A stretch of DNA of 64,000 nucleotides from a virus. Under the pieces are notes generated by a model. It did not search any database. It was not told the DNA's origin and saw only the letters and a program-made list of their open reading frames with translations. A program made the position numbers and the translations under genes. Shown here piece after piece: positions 36,864-46,678 of the stretch; the stretch's first letter is position 1; every line of letters starts with the position of its first letter. The stretch lies in IMG/VR virus record IMGVR_UViG_2864926767_000001. One strand, written 5' to 3'.

Positions 36864-37472
36864 TTGATGGTTGATACCTGGCGCAATGCGGCTGTTCACA
36901 TTCCCACCGAAGACAAGGAGAAATGGTGCAAGGAAGGTGAAGAATACGAGAGGAAGTTCGTCGAATGCATGAACAAGTACTCCGATATCCAAGTTCAGAT
37001 TAACCCCAAGAAGCAGCGCGACAAGTACGCCCCTGATTTGCTGGTTCCTGGTTATGGTGAGTGCGACCTTAAAGCACAGAGAACACCATTTTTTACTGCC
37101 GCAAAGTTCGGTATACATCCTCGTAACGCTTTTACACTTAACGAGAAGGACGTTATACGTTACCGGCAGATGTACCCCGGTATCGGCATTTTCTTCTGGG
37201 TCGACTGGCAGAATCGTGAGTCCAAGGGGCGCAACTACAAGCCGGTGGAGTACAAGTGGGGTGTCTACTACGCCACGATCCGGGAGATCCTCGGGATCAT
37301 CGATACCGGCTTGGCCAAGCTGCATTCGTACCAGCACCGCCAGGACAGCGCGGAGCACGCCACGCGCAACAAGCGAGGCATGAACGATGACGGGAATGCC
37401 AAAGGTAGTTACGTGCTGAGTGTGGAGTGGATAACTCCAATTCTTTTCAGTAAAGACGATCCCTGGGTCTAA
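36864..37472 (+). CDS. Putative PD-(D/E)xK nuclease, phage-like
   Basis: E..F helix, YAPDLL..ECDLK. Confidence 0.55.
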   Translation: MMVDTWRNAAVHIPTEDKEKWCKEGEEYERKFVECMNKYSDIQVQINPKKQRDKYAPDLLVPGYGECDLKAQRTPFFTAAKFGIHPRNAFTLNEKDVIRYRQMYPGIGIFFWVDWQNRESKGRNYKPVEYKWGVYYATIREILGIIDTGLAKLHSYQHRQDSAEHATRNKRGMNDDGNAKGSYVLSVEWITPILFSKDDPWV

Positions 37473-37482
37473 TAGACTCTTG

Positions 37483-37521
37483 AAAGAGGTCAACTATAAC
37501 GATTGTTGACCTCTTTTTTTA
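37483..37521 (+). terminator. Intrinsic terminator
   Basis: AAAGAGGTCAAC..GTTGACCTCTTTTTTT. Confidence 0.7.
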
Positions 37522-37585
37522 CCGATTGTATATTGGGTCATCTGACATTAAGTCAGCGCCATAAAAATAATAATAGAGGCGAACA

Positions 37586-38692
37586 TTGATGACCTTCAGA
37601 GCTGAGGTCAGGGAGCTCATTGCAGCTACCTTTCCGACCATCTCCACGAAAGAGCAACGCGACATCAACATCGCCAGCCGCCTGTATGGCTGGGATGGAA
37701 AGGGCGGTTGCAGCCTTCAAATCGCCGGTCAGGAATTCAACCTGACCCGCGAACGTGTCCGCCAAATCGCAGGCGAAGTCGCCGAGAAGATGAAGGCGAA
37801 GGCGCCGGAAGTCTTGAAGACGGTTCCGGGCCTACTGCAGTACATCCACCAACTGATCCCCGCCAGCGCATCCCGCGTAGAATCCGAGCTCTCCGGCCAT
37901 GGCCTGGGCGAAGATCGCGTGGAAGGCGTGATCAAGAGCGCCACGCTGTTCTTCAAGGTCGGCGACAACCTCAAGCTGGGCGACCACATCCGTGTGGGCG
38001 TCGAGAATGGCGTGCGCTACGTGACACCGCCTGACATGGAAGGCACTGCCACCAGGATCTCGGCCAAAGCGCAGAAGATCGTCACTCACGTGGGCATGGT
38101 ACATGTCAACGAACTACTCCCCCTGACGCCGGCCCTGTCGGAAGAGAGCGCCCTGGCGTTCATCCGCGATGTGCTGGGCTCTCGTTCCGATGCCCACTGG
38201 CTGGATGAGGAGTGCAACTGGGTGTGGCTGAGCGATGCGCCCAGAAACAGGCTGATCACCTGCCTCCACAAGATGCTCCACGTGTACTCCAGCACTACCC
38301 TGGAAAACATCGTGGCCGGGGTGAACCGCTACTTCCGCAAAGATGCCGAGAAAGACGCCCCTGCGACCAAGCTTGAAGCGCCGCTGGAGATCCTGGGCAA
38401 GATGATCAACGCCTGGGGTGAGGCAACCGTCTCCGAAGCCGGCATCGTCCGCAAGACAGCTACCTTCCACGCAGTGAAGCAACCGACCGAGTACGAAGTG
38501 CTGCTCGTGAAGGAGATCATGGCCAAGCCTGAGAAGATCGCCAGGGAGAAAGAGCTGGAGAACGCTCTGGTGCCGCTGGTCGATGGCAAGCCGCACCCGC
38601 ACAAGCACCGCTTCAGCATCCAGCTGAACTACTCACCGCTGGTGTGCAAAGGCGCCAAGCGGGGCGAGTACGTGGCAACTGGGGTGATCTGA
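37586..38692 (+). CDS. Protein with N-terminal sigma-70 region 4 HTH
   Basis: RLYG..SLQIAGQEFNLTRERVRQI. Confidence 0.75.
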   Translation: MMTFRAEVRELIAATFPTISTKEQRDINIASRLYGWDGKGGCSLQIAGQEFNLTRERVRQIAGEVAEKMKAKAPEVLKTVPGLLQYIHQLIPASASRVESELSGHGLGEDRVEGVIKSATLFFKVGDNLKLGDHIRVGVENGVRYVTPPDMEGTATRISAKAQKIVTHVGMVHVNELLPLTPALSEESALAFIRDVLGSRSDAHWLDEECNWVWLSDAPRNRLITCLHKMLHVYSSTTLENIVAGVNRYFRKDAEKDAPATKLEAPLEILGKMINAWGEATVSEAGIVRKTATFHAVKQPTEYEVLLVKEIMAKPEKIAREKELENALVPLVDGKPHPHKHRFSIQLNYSPLVCKGAKRGEYVATGVI

Positions 38693-38704
38693 TCCCCCAG
38701 AACG

Positions 38705-38738
38705 CAAAAGGCCTGGAGTGATCCAGGCCTTTTTGTTT
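38705..38738. terminator. Intrinsic terminator
   Basis: AAAAGGCCTGGA-GTGA-TCCAGGCCTTTTT. Confidence 0.8.
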
Positions 38739-38755
38739 ACAGCCCCTGGGAGGGC

Positions 38756-39331
38756 CTACCTTGCAGCGAGACAGCCACCCTGCATCTCGACACCCATTCC
38801 AGGGCGTTCGCGCGGTGGTGGGGCAGGGAGGGGCTTTCTGAGCCCAAAAGCTTGCTCCCGCAGAACTGCTTCTTCCCGAGAGTCTTCAACGCACTGGGTG
38901 CCGCAACGCGCCACGCGCTCCTGGTCGGCGAATAGTGCGCGCAGCATGTACGGGTTCGGATGGCGGTTGATCGCCGGCTCCAGGTACTCCATCGCAGAGC
39001 ACAGGCGTCCGTCCTTCAGGTGGAAGTAGACCATCAAGGCGCGCCGGGCGTGACGCGCCTTGGAGGCTTCGTCAGATGGGAGGTCTGCCGGGGTGACATG
39101 CAGCCACTCCTTCGCAATTGCCTCGGTATGCGCCGGGCGCGGCAGTTCTGCCCAGCCGCCGGCATCGCCAGACATCAGTCGTTCGTAGGCTTGGAGCCAG
39201 GCCTGCGCACGCTGGCGCAGAGGAGGGGCGATCATATCCATTCGGTTGCACACCACAGCAGGGAGAGCCCAGACCAACTGGTCACAGGCCAGGAAGGGCC
39301 GGATGGTAGGAGGTAGACACTGGAGTGTCAA
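38756..39331 (-). CDS. Hypothetical protein
   Basis: 191 aa ORF filling the gap; start uncertain. Confidence 0.45.
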   Translation of the reverse strand: MTLQCLPPTIRPFLACDQLVWALPAVVCNRMDMIAPPLRQRAQAWLQAYERLMSGDAGGWAELPRPAHTEAIAKEWLHVTPADLPSDEASKARHARRALMVYFHLKDGRLCSAMEYLEPAINRHPNPYMLRALFADQERVARCGTQCVEDSREEAVLREQAFGLRKPLPAPPPRERPGMGVEMQGGCLAAR

Positions 39332-39359
39332 TTAGCTGAAAATTGCGCGCTTAGACCAG

Positions 39360-41240
39360 ATGCTAGGAGCACCCGTGGCTAGCCCCAAATTGATGAAAAT
39401 TCCGCAGGAAGTCATCAACCGACTGATTGCGCAGCAAGACATCGTCTCCCTCATTGGCAAGTACCTTCCCCTGAAGAAGGTTGGTGTCGACTTCGTAGCC
39501 CTGTGCCCATTTCACAAGGAACGATCACCTTCGTTCACGGTGATTCCGAAGAAGCAGTGCTACTACTGCTTTGGTTGCGGCGCCGGGGGCAACGCCATGG
39601 TCTTCCTCCAGGACTACACCGGTAAAGGATTCCTCCCGATCCTCATGGAGATGGCGGAGGAGTGCAACGAAGACATCACGCCGTTCCTGAAGTCATCCCA
39701 GGAAGGCCAGCTGGCCCTGGCGATCAACCAGGCCATGCAGGAGGCTGGCAATTACTTCGAAAACGAGCTTTGGGAAACAGAGAACCAGGTTGGCCTGGAT
39801 TACCTGTTCGACCGTGGATTCAGTGAGCCTGTCATCAAGCTCTACAAGATGGGCTACGCCGGCTTCAGCAAAGACATCATGAGCGCGTTGAGCGAGCACG
39901 AACCGGCCCTGATCAGCTCGGGCGTTTTCGCGAAAAACGACCGTGATGAGGTCTACTCGGCCTTCCGTGACCGAATTGTGCTTCCCATCCGAGATGCGCG
40001 AGGCAAGATCATCGCGCTGAGCGGCCGCACGCTGAAAGGCGACGTGAAGCCCAAGTACCTCAACTCGAAGGAAACGGCACTGTTCTCGAAGAACAACGTG
40101 CTGTACGGGCTACACGAAGCACTAGCCGTGGCGGCGTTGGACAAGCTCGAAGAGCTCCGCGTCGTTGAAGGCCAGCTCGATGTTGTTGCTCACCGCATGA
40201 TCGGTTTGGACGCGGTAGCAGCAATGGGTTCCTCACTGTCTGTCCCACAGATGCGCCTGCTGGTGCGACACGCCAAGAAGGTGCTGTTCGTCTACGACGG
40301 CGACAAGGCCGGCCGTAAGGCACTGGTAAACGCATGCACCATCCTCCTGGAGAACCTGGCGGATCACTCGGTTGTCTTCGAGGTCGCGACGCTCCCGGAG
40401 GGGCAAGACCCAGACAGCATGATCAAAGCTGATCCCGAGGCCTACAAGGAAGCCACCGAGCAGCGTATCCCCTGGCTCGAGGCTCTGTTCACCAAACTTG
40501 AGGAGTACGAGAGCCTACAAGCAGCAGGGCCTGCAGAGGTTGGCCGGGCACGGATGGATTACGCGTCTGCCGCGCTGAGCATCATCCACGGAGCGCGCGA
40601 TCCGCTCCTGAAGTTCCAAGCTGTCGAGACGGTGTCCCGGATTGCCGACATCCCAGTGGAAGTGCTCAATGATCAGCTGCTGAAGATCCCGCTCAGCATG
40701 TCCGGGATTGCAGCCAAGCAGATCGATAAGCTGGTAGTCACCATGCCTATCCGGCTGGCGCGGATGCTGTGGGATGATCCGAAGTATGCTGCCGACATCG
40801 AGTACCTGGATGTCTGGAAGGAAGAGGGGGACGAGCTGACCGTTACCATGGCGAACTGGATCGAAGACATGCGCCAGGGTGTCTACGACCTGGAGCTCAG
40901 CGACGAGCAGATCCAAACCATTGCGAACAAGCCGTACCAGGAAGAGAGGTTCCGGCAGGACAACCGGGAACAGGGCGCCATGCAGGCGTTTGGCAACATT
41001 CTGGGTCTTCTTCCCAAGGACATTACCCAAACGATCATGGCTGAAGAGCCAGAGACGGGGAATAACACCGCCTTTGCACTGGCCATGACGATCACCTCCC
41101 TGTGTGCAGGAAAAGCAATGGAGCGCATCCAGCGCCAGGCCGGCATGAACATGCTCTCGGATGGCGATAGGGAGTATTTCCGCAAAATGATGGAAATTCG
41201 GCGTTCAGCAATTGCGCGAAGTAAGACAATTACTTTGTAA
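39360..41240 (+). CDS. dnaG: DNA primase DnaG
   Basis: CPFH..CFGC zinc finger, FRDRIVLPI, PKYLNSKET, VVEGQLDV, YDGDKAG, DPD. Confidence 0.95.
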   Translation: MLGAPVASPKLMKIPQEVINRLIAQQDIVSLIGKYLPLKKVGVDFVALCPFHKERSPSFTVIPKKQCYYCFGCGAGGNAMVFLQDYTGKGFLPILMEMAEECNEDITPFLKSSQEGQLALAINQAMQEAGNYFENELWETENQVGLDYLFDRGFSEPVIKLYKMGYAGFSKDIMSALSEHEPALISSGVFAKNDRDEVYSAFRDRIVLPIRDARGKIIALSGRTLKGDVKPKYLNSKETALFSKNNVLYGLHEALAVAALDKLEELRVVEGQLDVVAHRMIGLDAVAAMGSSLSVPQMRLLVRHAKKVLFVYDGDKAGRKALVNACTILLENLADHSVVFEVATLPEGQDPDSMIKADPEAYKEATEQRIPWLEALFTKLEEYESLQAAGPAEVGRARMDYASAALSIIHGARDPLLKFQAVETVSRIADIPVEVLNDQLLKIPLSMSGIAAKQIDKLVVTMPIRLARMLWDDPKYAADIEYLDVWKEEGDELTVTMANWIEDMRQGVYDLELSDEQIQTIANKPYQEERFRQDNREQGAMQAFGNILGLLPKDITQTIMAEEPETGNNTAFALAMTITSLCAGKAMERIQRQAGMNMLSDGDREYFRKMMEIRRSAIARSKTITL

Positions 41241-41269
41241 TTGTGCATAGAATGGAGGAATAAGGGGAG

Positions 41270-43573
41270 ATGAGCATGTTCAACGAGCTGTCCAAGAAAA
41301 TGCAGGACAACCTGCGTAAATTCGGGATTGATGAGCCATGGCAGCTCCTGTTCAGCCTCCCCAAGAACTACGACGATTTCACCAAGCCGGCACTATTGTC
41401 GGATTGCTTGAAACTGGATGTGGGAGACGGGTTCTACATCCAGGCCATGGTCTCCGGGGTTAGAACAAACACTGAGGTCGAGCAAGACAAGCGGAGCAAG
41501 GGCCAAGACGTCAAAGTCGCTGCACGCCCGTATTTGAAGATTGATGTCACTGATGGTGTGACCACGAAGTCCCCCCTGCACTTTGGATTCCAAGAGCCGT
41601 GGCTCAACGTCAAAAAACACCAACTCGGCAAGATCATCCAGCTCAGCGGAAGGATCGGCTCCTACAAAGGAGAAAACACCCTTGAGAACCTGAACCTCGT
41701 CCCTTACGAGGAGCAGGGCAAGATCAACCCCCGCTATAGGGGAAAAAAGGGGCTGATCGCTGAAGGCACCATCGCAGAGCTGACCAAGATTGCACTTCTG
41801 CACAGCGTCGATGATGCAGCTAAGAAGATCTGCGAGACACTCGGCGAGGACGAGGCCAAAGTCCTCAGGAGCTGCGGCATAAAGTTCAACAGCCTGAAGC
41901 ACCTGATCACCACGCTTCACATGCCCAGGACTTCGGAAGACCTCAGCAAGGCCCTCAATGGCGCCAGGAGGCTCAATGCCTACCTGGGCATCCGGCAGGC
42001 CATGGAGTCGACTATTCGCAAGCCTGTGCCCTCTGCAGCCGTCCCAATCGACAAGGAACTGATCAAGAGCCTGGTCGACCGCCACCCGTTCACCCCAACC
42101 GGCGATCAGCGCCGGGCGATCTGGGAGATGATCAAAGGGATGTCGCAGAACGTGCCCATGGACATGCTGCTGAGCGCTGACGTGGGTAACGGCAAGACCA
42201 TGGCATTCGGTATTGGCGCGGCTTATATGGCTTCGCAAGGCAAGAACGTGGTTATTCTCCTCCCAAACGCCGCCCTGGCCAACCAGGTGTATGACGAGAT
42301 CAGCAGCTGGTATCCGGAGCTCAAAATGCACCTGGTGCAGAAGGGCTTCAAAGGGACGGTTGAAGAGGGCTCCATCCTAGTCGGCACCAGTGCAGTCAAC
42401 TCCTGGTTGAAGAAGAACCCGGAGTGGCGCGTGCACATGGCAATCACCGACGAACAGCAGAAGATGGGCGTGCTGCAGCGTCAGGAAATCAGCAAGGAGT
42501 ACACCCACATCCTTGAGGCAACGGCCACACCGATTCCTCGGACGATGGCACAGACTCTTTTTGGCAACAAATCCGTCTGCTTCATCGAAGACAGCCCGGT
42601 TAAGAAGGAAATTGCAACCCACCTGATGGGTAATACCTTCCCCGAGCGCCGCAAGGTCATGGATCTCCTGGAGAAGGCCCTGGCGGACGGTAACAAGATC
42701 GCCGTCATCTACCCCTTGGTGGCGGAGAAGCAGGCCCATTACTACCACATCGCCGCGCAGAGTCTAAAAGAGGCCGAGAAGATCGCTGCGATGCTCAAGA
42801 AGACCGGTACGAGCATCAAGGATGTGACTGGAGTCGCGGATGCCCCTGATCTCCTGAAGCGCCTGGATGCCGACCGCGATACAGGGTTCGTTGTGGAGGT
42901 GCATGCAGAGGATATCGCCCAAGAGCGAATCCAGCAGCGATTTGATGAGTACCTCAAAGAGAATGCCTCCCTGGTGACGTACTTGGGCTCCCTGGTGGAT
43001 GAGGCCCTCGTCCAGAAGAACCGGGCAACCATTGAGGCCGGCGCCAGGATGTGGGAAGCCAAGCACCCCGGTAGGGTGAAAGTCCTGCACGGCCGTGCTG
43101 ACGAAGATGAAAAGACACGCGTTATCAAAGAGATGAACGCCGGCAACGGGGACATCCTGGTAGCTACAACCCTGGTTGAGATCGGCGTGACCATCGACAA
43201 GCTAGTGTGCCTGGTCGTTGTGGACGCAGAGAACTTGGGTGCATACACCTTGCACCAGTTGAGGGGACGGCTAGTCCGCAAAGGCGGGAAGGGCGACTTC
43301 TACATGCTCGCAGGGTCGAAGCTGGAAGACCTGTCTGACACCGCCCGTGACCGTCTACGCTTGCTGATCAAGTACACCAAGGGCTCCGACATCGCTATGC
43401 ACGACATGGATCAGCGTGGGTTCGGCAGCTTCAAGGAGGGCGGCAAGCAGAACGGCTTCACCGACGGCCTGTTCCCAGGCCTCAAGCTGTCCGCCAGTGA
43501 GTTGGAGAATTTCCTGCAGGAAGTCAGCGCCGAGATTAAGGCCCGTAACAACAATACGTCGCTGAGCCTCTAA
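41270..43573 (+). CDS. recG: RecG-like helicase (divergent, with insertion)
   Basis: ADVGNGKT, DEQQKMGV, TATPIPRT, LHGR, ATTLVEIGV, LHQLRGR, TRG-like IAMHDMDQRGFG. Confidence 0.88.
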   Translation: MSMFNELSKKMQDNLRKFGIDEPWQLLFSLPKNYDDFTKPALLSDCLKLDVGDGFYIQAMVSGVRTNTEVEQDKRSKGQDVKVAARPYLKIDVTDGVTTKSPLHFGFQEPWLNVKKHQLGKIIQLSGRIGSYKGENTLENLNLVPYEEQGKINPRYRGKKGLIAEGTIAELTKIALLHSVDDAAKKICETLGEDEAKVLRSCGIKFNSLKHLITTLHMPRTSEDLSKALNGARRLNAYLGIRQAMESTIRKPVPSAAVPIDKELIKSLVDRHPFTPTGDQRRAIWEMIKGMSQNVPMDMLLSADVGNGKTMAFGIGAAYMASQGKNVVILLPNAALANQVYDEISSWYPELKMHLVQKGFKGTVEEGSILVGTSAVNSWLKKNPEWRVHMAITDEQQKMGVLQRQEISKEYTHILEATATPIPRTMAQTLFGNKSVCFIEDSPVKKEIATHLMGNTFPERRKVMDLLEKALADGNKIAVIYPLVAEKQAHYYHIAAQSLKEAEKIAAMLKKTGTSIKDVTGVADAPDLLKRLDADRDTGFVVEVHAEDIAQERIQQRFDEYLKENASLVTYLGSLVDEALVQKNRATIEAGARMWEAKHPGRVKVLHGRADEDEKTRVIKEMNAGNGDILVATTLVEIGVTIDKLVCLVVVDAENLGAYTLHQLRGRLVRKGGKGDFYMLAGSKLEDLSDTARDRLRLLIKYTKGSDIAMHDMDQRGFGSFKEGGKQNGFTDGLFPGLKLSASELENFLQEVSAEIKARNNNTSLSL

Positions 43574-43679
43574 TATGACCAAAATGTAAGCCGGCGACTC
43601 AATCCCAAGTAGGAAGTTCAAAATATTTTTGAACAAATTGCCGGTTAGGTTGTCATGTCAATTGCTCAGAATGTTCAAC

Positions 43680-43712
43680 AGAGGGGGCTCCCACGTGGAA
43701 CCCCCTCTTTTT
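43680..43712 (+). terminator. Probable intrinsic terminator
   Basis: AGAGGGGG..CCCCCTCTTTTT. Confidence 0.55.
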
Positions 43713-44126
43713 AGCGGGTTATTGGCGGCCTCAAAAGCGGAAGCCATTCTTCCGCAGGCCAATGGCTGCGGGGTCTGCAGATGGTCTGACCAGTCCCGGC
43801 GGGCACGCAGGCATTTCAGACAATTCTTATGGAATCCTTGCCCACAGGCGTGATCTCATTTCTGGGAAAAGGTTCGCAAAAGCGCCTGTAAACCGACGAA
43901 AGCTGGCGTCGGAAAGATGGCACTAAGGCCGAACTGTGACGTATGTCCGTTTGTTACCCGGTGTGTGTCAATTGATGAACAAAGGAAGGCGGCGGAATAT
44001 GCGAAAATTGCGTCAATGAGATTGACAGCTTGTCAATTTATCAATAATGTTCACCCTACCGATATCCAACACACCCTGCTTACCTGATGAGCGCATTCTC
44101 AATTCACGACACCAAGGAGGTGACGC

Positions 44127-45302
44127 ATGACTGAGACCAGGGACGAAATCGCAATCGCAGCAATCACTTCTGCCCAACTGCTGCGCGAGCCGCTCGCCGA
44201 GCTCGAAAACACCGCAAGCGGACTGCAAGTCGTAGTCGAGAGCCTGCTGGGAAATACCCCGCGCCCGGCCACCGACCTGCCCCTGGACAAGGCTCGCACC
44301 GAACTCCTCAAGCTGAACAGCGAGCTGAATTCGCTGCGCGCTGATCACGAGGGCTTGCTGGCCCTGAAATTCGCCGAGCCGTCCGAGCACGAAGGCCTGG
44401 AAGAAGTCGCCATTGCCCGTACCAAGGTCGGCGACATCTACTTCTTCATCGAACAGCTGGCAGACCAGGTGAAGATGTGTGCCGCTCAGCTGCCGAAAGA
44501 CAGCCCGATCCTGGATCGCGTCGACGACACCCTGGAAGAGCTGAACGGTGGCCTGAAACAGTGCCGCGCCGTGATGCGCGCTCTGCCTGAACTGGGCATG
44601 AGCTTCAGCGACTTCAAGCCGATGTCCAAGACTGCACGCCGCAAACTGGGCAAGGCCGGTCGTCCGAGTGCTCCGCTGGAAGCTCAGATCTCCCGCGCCC
44701 AAGCTGCTGTCGACGACATGCTGAAGTACATCATTGCCGTGTCCGGTGGTCAGATCAAGACCCTGGAGCAAGCACTGAAAGGTGTTACCCCCAGCCGTCG
44801 TGGTCGCCCCGCTACCAGCCCGATGGGTCGACTGGAGCGCGAAATTCTGCGCGAAGTGCAAGACCTGGAACGCCTGAGCGCCGAAGAGAACGACAGCCGC
44901 GAGCACCTGCAGAAACTGGAGCGCCGCCGCAAGAAGATTGCTCGTCTGCGCCAGGAAGTGCAGGAGCTCGAAAGCGAGCTGGTTGGCGAAGACAAGGTCA
45001 TGCGCACGCTGGAGAAGCTGCGCTTCGAGCACGACCAGCTGCGTACTGCTGAATATGCAGCTACTGGCGATGAGCAGTTGAAGATCCTGATGCTCATCCT
45101 GGAAAACGAGCGCCAACAGCTGATCGCCGCAGAAGAGCTGCGCGCGTACAAGCCGGACATCCGCGTGAGCGTCCCTCACAAGGTCAATCCTGGCCACACT
45201 CGCTCTCAGATCGAGCGCCTGCGTATGACCGGTAAGCTCAAAGAGGCCGATCTCCAGCGCCTGGCCGACTACGAAAAGCAAATCGAGCAGTTCGGCAGCT
45301 AA
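44127..45302 (+). CDS. Coiled-coil protein with two AT-hook-like motifs
   Basis: AAGGAGG SD; KAGRPS and RRGRPA; highly-expressed-type codons. Confidence 0.8.
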   Translation: MTETRDEIAIAAITSAQLLREPLAELENTASGLQVVVESLLGNTPRPATDLPLDKARTELLKLNSELNSLRADHEGLLALKFAEPSEHEGLEEVAIARTKVGDIYFFIEQLADQVKMCAAQLPKDSPILDRVDDTLEELNGGLKQCRAVMRALPELGMSFSDFKPMSKTARRKLGKAGRPSAPLEAQISRAQAAVDDMLKYIIAVSGGQIKTLEQALKGVTPSRRGRPATSPMGRLEREILREVQDLERLSAEENDSREHLQKLERRRKKIARLRQEVQELESELVGEDKVMRTLEKLRFEHDQLRTAEYAATGDEQLKILMLILENERQQLIAAEELRAYKPDIRVSVPHKVNPGHTRSQIERLRMTGKLKEADLQRLADYEKQIEQFGS

Positions 45303-45317
45303 GCCAGACCGCTTAAA

Positions 45318-45349
45318 CAAAAAAGGGCACCCGATGGGTGCCCTTTTTC
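45318..45349. terminator. Bidirectional intrinsic terminator
   Basis: AAAAAAGGGCACCC-GAT-GGGTGCCCTTTTT. Confidence 0.85.
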
Positions 45350-45361
45350 ATTTGCGACGAC

Positions 45362-45829
45362 TTACTTGTCCTGGCGCTGGGTTTTTACCCTTACCTCAGC
45401 CACCGGCTTTTTCAGCCAGTAGAAGCTCATCCAGTAGCTCAAGGTGAGCAGATCGCCGAAAAGTCGTGCATCCCTACGGCTACGGTAGATATGCACGCCT
45501 AGCCAGACGAGGAGGGCGCCCAGGACGATGAGTGTGTAAGAGCCCCACATGGGCATCAGCTCGATCCGGCCGTTGGCCAGCAACCGCATGCCGATCTCCT
45601 GCAGGTTGGCGTTCCAGCCCTCGTTGTTGGCAATGTCGACCCAGATCAGCGGCATAGCCGACTTCGCGATCAACGGGAAGAACGCGAAAACCATGGCTGC
45701 AGCGCCAAGGATACCCAAGGCCACGGCATAACCGATTCGCCACTTCGCGCGCTGATCTACCGCGCGCGCATAGCTCAGCTGATCTTCATCAACGAAGCTT
45801 CGGCTGTGTTTATGAACCCCATCAGACAA
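45362..45829 (-). CDS. Hypothetical membrane protein (2 TM)
   Basis: Two hydrophobic segments. Confidence 0.65.
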   Translation of the reverse strand: MSDGVHKHSRSFVDEDQLSYARAVDQRAKWRIGYAVALGILGAAAMVFAFFPLIAKSAMPLIWVDIANNEGWNANLQEIGMRLLANGRIELMPMWGSYTLIVLGALLVWLGVHIYRSRRDARLFGDLLTLSYWMSFYWLKKPVAEVRVKTQRQDK

Positions 45830-46584
45830 GATCCACCTCCAGGTAGTGATGCAACGAACGAGTTAAGCTCCAGATAGGCTACCAGGCTGTCGTTCCGATA
45901 GCGCGGGCCTTGGTTGGTCTGGCCGGAGCTGAGCATGATCAAGCGGTTGCCGAGCTCTAGGACGGGCTCTGGCAGGCTATCCGGGGTCTCGCCGGCAATC
46001 TCGGTCTGAAAACCCGAGATCGACAGCAGAATATCCGGATTGGGAAAGCTCCTTTCTGTAACAATTACACGAGAAGCCTTGAGTCCGGGCAGGCGGCCCT
46101 CGAAGCCACGAAGCAGCGTCATGGGCTCACCATCGCGCACCAGGAGGTCAGCCTTGAGGCGTTTCCATTGGCAACCCTCAGGAAGGGGCCTGGAAGCGCA
46201 TACAGCAATGCCTTCGGCCGTTTCCACCTCGATGGCCAGGGGCAGTGCTTCCAGCGCACCACGCAGCGCCTCTCGGGCGCCTTCATCGAGCAGGTTCATC
46301 CACTGACCGACCAAAGAAGCAACCTTTTGCCCGGAAAGGCGAGTCAGCATTGCCAGTTCATTCAAGCCGGCGACCGCTTTAACCCAGGGCTTTGAAAGCC
46401 AATTGGAGGCTTCCTTCGACGTGTATGTGAATCCGAGGAAATTACCGTTCAGGATCAGAAGATCTTTCTTCGCATCGAAGTCGACTTTTTCAACCAATTT
46501 GCTTAGGGCAGCAAAATTGCCAAAAAGATCGCTGACAACTAGAACCCTTGAATATTGGGCGCTGGAAATTGACAGGACTCGCAC
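45775..46584 (-). CDS. Degenerate PPP/PphA-like metallophosphoesterase
   Basis: VVSDLFGNF..FDAKKDLLILNGNFL..PWVKAVAGLNE..LPLAIEV follows the PphA layout. Confidence 0.65.
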   Translation of the reverse strand: MRVLSISSAQYSRVLVVSDLFGNFAALSKLVEKVDFDAKKDLLILNGNFLGFTYTSKEASNWLSKPWVKAVAGLNELAMLTRLSGQKVASLVGQWMNLLDEGAREALRGALEALPLAIEVETAEGIAVCASRPLPEGCQWKRLKADLLVRDGEPMTLLRGFEGRLPGLKASRVIVTERSFPNPDILLSISGFQTEIAGETPDSLPEPVLELGNRLIMLSSGQTNQGPRYRNDSLVAYLELNSFVASLPGGGSCLMGFINTAEASLMKIS

Positions 46585-46678
46585 GTATCCACCTGTTATC
46601 TGATCTATAACGGAGATCCGCGCGGCATCGCATACCACTCATTGGAGCAAGCTCCTATGATGGCGGCGAGGAGAAGCC

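Noticed and set aside
42716-43060. Intein in RecG (DnaB, DnaE and NrdA also checked)
   Set aside because: No C/S...HN-C/S/T splice junctions or LAGLIDADG motifs
43886-43935. c-di-GMP-I (GEMM) riboswitch resemblance (GTAAACC..GAAA..GG..AAAG)
   Set aside because: P2 pairing and the GGACGCAAA junction do not fit, and an alternative hairpin explains it; a covariance-model search is needed
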